From: Candidatus Neptunichlamydia sp. | GTDB taxonomy: Bacteria; Chlamydiota; Chlamydiia; Chlamydiales; Simkaniaceae | Assembly: GCA_965233865.1 (NCBI GenBank) | Contig: OZ247587.1 | Coordinates: 32,001 to 96,000 of the forward strand | Direction: 5' to 3' | Length of the DNA stretch: 64,000 nucleotides | Shown here: positions 60,171 to 64,000 of the stretch, piece after piece | Layout: each line of letters begins with the position of its first letter | Numbering within the stretch: the stretch's first letter is position 1 | Position numbers and translations under genes: made by a program | Notes under the pieces: generated by a model | Seen by the model: the letters and a program-made list of their open reading frames with translations, nothing else | Told to the model about the DNA's origin: nothing | The model's database searches: none

Positions 60171-61746
60171 ATGACATGGACACTTACAAATTATTCCAAA
60201 TTCTTAAGAAGTCTCCGCACAGAAAAGCTCTCCTCTACAACGAGTGTTGATCTATTGACTCTTTTTATCTATGAGGACGCAAAATCGATCTTACAACGGT
60301 TTAAGATCAATATACGCTTCGTTGACTCACTTGAAGCTGCTCGACAAGCGATCAGTGATATAGCTGAGCAAAAAGACGTTATTGGATGTGACATTGAAAC
60401 CACTCCATATTGAATTACCTAAAGAGCTCCAGACGTCCGACTGGTCTAAAAATACTCTCTCGTCTGAACAGATTGCTTATGCGGCCTTGGATGCTGCTGT
60501 AGTGAAAATCCTTTCCGAGGATTTATTAAGCGAGCTTGGAAAGCGAGATATGCTTCCCATTACCGCTATTATTCAAAAAGCAATCCCCGCTGTTGCAGCG
60601 ATGGAGCTTGCAGGGATTCCTTTTGATTGGGAATGCCACCAAGCTCTTGTCGACGAATGGAAACAGGAAGCAAAAGCTTTAGCTCATTCGATTCAATCAA
60701 ATTTGAATATTAACGATCTATCAAGCACAAAAAAAATCCAGCAGCAATTTGGGAACTATTTTGAGAAACGAGATTTTACAGTTGCCAAAGACAAAAGTGG
60801 ACGTCCTAAGCTCGGTAAACAAGAGCTTGCTCAATTTAAGGAAGACCCTTTAGTGGCAAATTACCTCGATTACACCTGTCTCAAAACCCGTCTTTCTACC
60901 TTTGGGGATACTCTACATGCTCGTGCCAACCCTGTGACAGGCAGAATTCATCCGACGTTCCTGCATGGGCGTGCGAGCACAGGCCGCTTCGCCACAACTA
61001 ATCCCAATACGCAAAATTTCCCCAGGGGTTCTTTTAAACACCTCATTAAACCTGTGGAAGGACACGTTTTTGTGGTTGCCGATTACAGTCAAATAGAGCT
61101 TCGACTCATCGCCATTGTTGCTGAAGAAGAAAACATGCTAACAGCTTACAGATTAGGAAAATATCTCCACAGAATGACAGCGTCAAAAATATTATACATT
61201 CCTCCCAGTGAGGTTACTCCAAAGCAAAGAACCTGCGCAAAGGCGGTCAACTTCGGGTTTATTTATGGGCAGAGAGAAGGTGGATTCATCAGAGTCGCTA
61301 AAAACGATTACGGGTTAGAAATCGATTATAACGAAACCAAGAAGTATCGAAGCGCTTTTTTTCATGACTACCCAGCAATCGCCAGCTGGCATCAAAAAAT
61401 AGCTCACCAAATACAAGCAACAGGGAAAACTCGAACGATGAATGGGTGGGAAAGAGATTTCAACAAAGAAGTCAAAAAAATGATCAATAAGAAAGAAGAA
61501 TCCTTCCAGAAAAAAACCATAAAATGGGATATCCAAAAAGCGAAAATACAAAGCGAGGAGAAAATTTTAGAGGGTCATCGGAAACGCGCAAAATTGCAAC
61601 CCACCCGTTTGCCTTTACAAGAGCGTTTAAAGAAAAAAGAAATCTGCATAGACGAGCTAAAGAACAAACACCGCCTTCTAGAGCGAGAATGTTCCCTCTT
61701 AAATACTCGTATTTTACAGGCAAAAAACCAAGAAAAGAATTGCTGA
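60171..61746 (+). pseudogene. Family-A DNA polymerase with a partly deleted 3'-5' exonuclease and no motif C
   Basis: ExoI GCDIETT (ORF 60171-60413), frame change, ExoIII YAALDA, TGRF...PNTQNFP, motif A ADYSQIELR, motif B KAVNFGFIYG; no VHDE. Confidence 0.85.
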
Positions 61747-61800
61747 AAAGAGCGATGCTTAGCATATCAGTCGGGTTATTTCTTCTCTTATCATCCGTTT

Positions 61801-62100
61801 TTATTTCCAGTCTCTTTGCTCAATATCTTTGAGAATCAAAGGAAAGAATCCTCCGGTTTGAGGAAGGACTTCCATAAAGGACCACTTGAAGAAGAAGGAC
61901 TCAAGGTCTTGAAGGGCTGATGGAAAGATTTTCTCTCGGGATAGCCAATCAAACAAGGGGAAGAAATAGAGTTGTTCCGCCCGTCTTAGCGGGGTTAAGT
62001 GAAGGTAGTCAACCCCTTCTTCCTTCCATGGATCTTTTTCTGTGTATTGGCTTAAGACTTCCTTGCCGCTTTTTTCAACGATCTTTTCGATTGCATTGAT
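61801..62100 (-). pseudogene. 5'-truncated gene fragment (about 99 open codons)
   Basis: INAIEKIVEKSGKEVLSQYTEKDPWKEEGVDYLHLTPLRRAEQLYFFPLFDWLSREKIF...QRDWK*; no start codon, and its upstream end abuts the IS200 hairpin. Confidence 0.55.
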
Positions 62101-62101
62101 T

Positions 62102-62276
62102 CCCCGCAGCTTGCTGCGTAAAAGCTGAACAAGTATAGTTTTTTGGCATGAGTGAACATATTCATAAAAGTCATAATGTCTCAGTTTTGATGTACCACAT
62201 AGTTTGTCCGGCCAAACACAGGAAAGCGGTATTTGACAAGAGTGTTGATGAAGAAATTAAGGTCATATGCCTATAA
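62102..62276 (+). mobile_element. IS200/IS605-family remnant: left-end hairpin plus truncated TnpA (62148-62276)
   Basis: CGCAGC-TT-GCTGCG hairpin; MSEHIHKSHNVSVLMYHIVCPAKHRKAVFDKSVDEEIKVICL*. Confidence 0.85.
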
Positions 62277-62468
62277 CTAAATTATATCAAATTAGCTATA
62301 TGGTCCCTAAATGAAACACGTTAGCGGAAAGATTATTAAAATATATGAAAAAGAAATTAAGTAAATAAAAAATACTATATTTTTAAATTAAAACTAACTA
62401 ATAAAGCTTTTTTACAATTTACAGGAAATTATCCTTCGTTTATGCTGGATTAAAGAGGAGCAAAAATT

Positions 62469-63140
62469 GTGAAGCTATTTAAAGATAAACTTCCTGAAAT
62501 TTTAATAACAGGTGTAAACCGAGGGCTAGGAAAGTATTTTTTCACAAATCTTTCCTCTGATTATAAAGTGATTGGGACCACACGCAAGGAGTATGATAAT
62601 CACTTTTATTTAGACATGTGGAAAACACATCTGTTTGAAAAAGAGGTTGAGAAAATTTTTAAGTCAAATTCTCCAACGGTTTTAATTCAAAATATCGGAG
62701 TAGGAGGGATTGGTCTCCCTTCTGATTTTTCTAGAGATCAACTTGAAGACTATTTCATAGTAAATTGTATTGGACCCCTCCTTTTCATAAACGAATTTTT
62801 GAAACAGTCTGTTGCAAAACCAAAAGTGATAATCATTTCATCGGAGGTTACCAAAAAATATTATCCTTATTTAGGTGTGTACACAGCTGCTAAAATTGCA
62901 TTAGAAAAATGTTTACTGGACCTTCGAAAGGTTGAAAAAATTTCTATTAGTATCATTCGACCAGGACCACTTCAACCTTCAAATGAACTATCGCCTATGA
63001 AAATGGAAGAAGGAGAAGTTCGTAATTTTTCAAGCTATGGAGGTTCGGATAAACTGAATTTAAAATGGGGCTCCCCACAAACGGTTTTAACGTCTATTCT
63101 TGATATCATCAATTCCATTAAACCTAAATTATACTATTAA
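62469..63140 (+). CDS. Short-chain dehydrogenase/reductase (SDR)
   Basis: ITGVNRGLG, IISS, YTAAK, IIRPG; SD GAGGAG; AT-rich. Confidence 0.88.
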   Translation: MKLFKDKLPEILITGVNRGLGKYFFTNLSSDYKVIGTTRKEYDNHFYLDMWKTHLFEKEVEKIFKSNSPTVLIQNIGVGGIGLPSDFSRDQLEDYFIVNCIGPLLFINEFLKQSVAKPKVIIISSEVTKKYYPYLGVYTAAKIALEKCLLDLRKVEKISISIIRPGPLQPSNELSPMKMEEGEVRNFSSYGGSDKLNLKWGSPQTVLTSILDIINSIKPKLYY

Positions 63141-63156
63141 AACATAAATAATACTT

Positions 63157-63192
63157 AAACATTCATTTAATTTTTAAATTAAATGAATGTTT
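63157..63192. repeat. Perfect 17-bp AT-rich inverted repeat
   Basis: AAACATTCATTTAATTT-TT-AAATTAAATGAATGTTT. Confidence 0.8.
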
Positions 63193-63261
63193 CGTAATTA
63201 ATTTATTTCCTATTTTTGCTATATTTATATATAGTATTAGCAAAGACACCGGAATGATCTT

Positions 63262-63813
63262 TTGAATTTCCCATCCTTTACGGCAATCAGAAATATTCCC
63301 AACCAGCTATCTGTTGATTCGAAAAACTTTTATACAATGAACGATCTCAAGGTTGCACGCAATGCACTCTTCATGGCGAACCTCATCAAACTCTTTGGAC
63401 TGGCTTTATTCTTAGGAGAAGTGAGTCGCATTCTAAAAATAGACCCCAAGATTAAGCTGAGGGCTCCCATGACCAAGCTTAAATGGCTGAAGTTTTTTTG
63501 GGTCTCAATTCTATCTAGAGAGTGTCTGATTATTGGGGATAATGTTTTTGAACTCTATGGCAGACGGCCCGCAGGAGCAACCATTTTTCTTCATGAATCG
63601 AAGATGCAAGAATTAGCTGATAAAAAGTTTAAGGATTGGTCGTTGTCTTATTTGTGGGATATTGCTGTGAATACAGGTAAAGCAGCCTTTTCGACTGCGA
63701 CTCAACCGGAAGAAGTCGCACTGATTAAGCAGATTGCATTCATTTTCCAAAACTCTACAACTGAAAAAGCATTTCAAATTTGGCATGAGCTCTCTAAGAA
63801 TTTTAAAAAATAG
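63262..63813 (+). CDS. Hypothetical protein
   Basis: 183-aa ORF, no recognisable motif; start uncertain. Confidence 0.5.
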   Translation: MNFPSFTAIRNIPNQLSVDSKNFYTMNDLKVARNALFMANLIKLFGLALFLGEVSRILKIDPKIKLRAPMTKLKWLKFFWVSILSRECLIIGDNVFELYGRRPAGATIFLHESKMQELADKKFKDWSLSYLWDIAVNTGKAAFSTATQPEEVALIKQIAFIFQNSTTEKAFQIWHELSKNFKK

Positions 63814-63814
63814 T

Positions 63815-64000
63815 TCAAGAATCGCCTTTTTCCTCAATAGCGGGGTTTAAGAAATTTGAAGCACTGACAACTTTGCGACCACTCTTTTCTTCTAGCTCCT
63901 TCCTCGCATTCCCAGCAATTGCCCCTCTAGCTTTTGCCGCTTTTTTGTTCTCCGTAAATCCTTGTGCATCGTTTTGAACCGCAATTTCAGTTGTGGTTAC
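63815..64000 (-). CDS. C-terminus of a Bro-family (phage antirepressor-type) protein; 5' part outside the window
   Basis: TTTEIAVQNDAQGFTENKKAAKARGAIAGNARKELEEKSGRKVVSASNFL. Confidence 0.75.
   Translation of the reverse strand, partial: VTTTEIAVQNDAQGFTENKKAAKARGAIAGNARKELEEKSGRKVVSASNFLNPAIEEKGDS

Larger units (their letters stand above)
55015..64000. mobile_element. Degraded tRNA-Ser-anchored integrative element / genomic island (right end outside the window)
   Basis: Abrupt switch from housekeeping genes to integrase remnant, tyrosine recombinase, HTH, prim-pol/helicase, PolA, IS200 remnant and Bro-family gene. Confidence 0.85.

Noticed and set aside
59866..60174. 102-aa ORF after the primase
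   Set aside because: Phe/Ile/Ser-rich translation of the iteron array; better explained as a non-coding origin
1..64000. CRISPR array, rRNA, tmRNA, SRP RNA or RNase P RNA
   Set aside because: No regularly spaced direct repeats or signature motifs seen by eye

Overview
Chromosomal segment of an environmental member of the Chlamydiota. This is inferred from gene order and protein style: infA-tRNA-Thr-tuf-tRNA-Trp-secE-nusG-rplKAJL-rpoBC-tal, the V-type ATPase operon E-C-A-B-D-I-K, valS-pknD, trpS, SpoIID-like/ruvB/dcd/CBS pair, nusB-murB and infC-rpmI-rplT-pheS. About 55 kb is housekeeping backbone with four tRNAs. Notable features in the backbone: (i) an open but catalytically stripped, shrunken threonyl-tRNA synthetase paralogue at the ancestral thrS position in front of infC; (ii) several 140-190 bp imperfect palindromes filling intergenic gaps; (iii) a mycothione-reductase-like flavoprotein; (iv) an Inc-like protein at the left edge. 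Immediately after tRNA-Ser(TGA) (from about 55.0 kb to the window end) lies a decaying integrative element. It carries a broken phage-type integrase, a chlamydial-plasmid (Pgp7/Pgp8)-like tyrosine recombinase lacking catalytic residues, an excisionase-like HTH, a prim-pol/DUF3987-type helicase, a symmetric TCGA-iteron structure resembling a replication origin, a broken family-A DNA polymerase, an IS200 remnant, AT-rich cargo and a Bro-family antirepressor fragment. No CRISPR array or rRNA was seen. All family calls come from motif recognition by eye; no searches were run.
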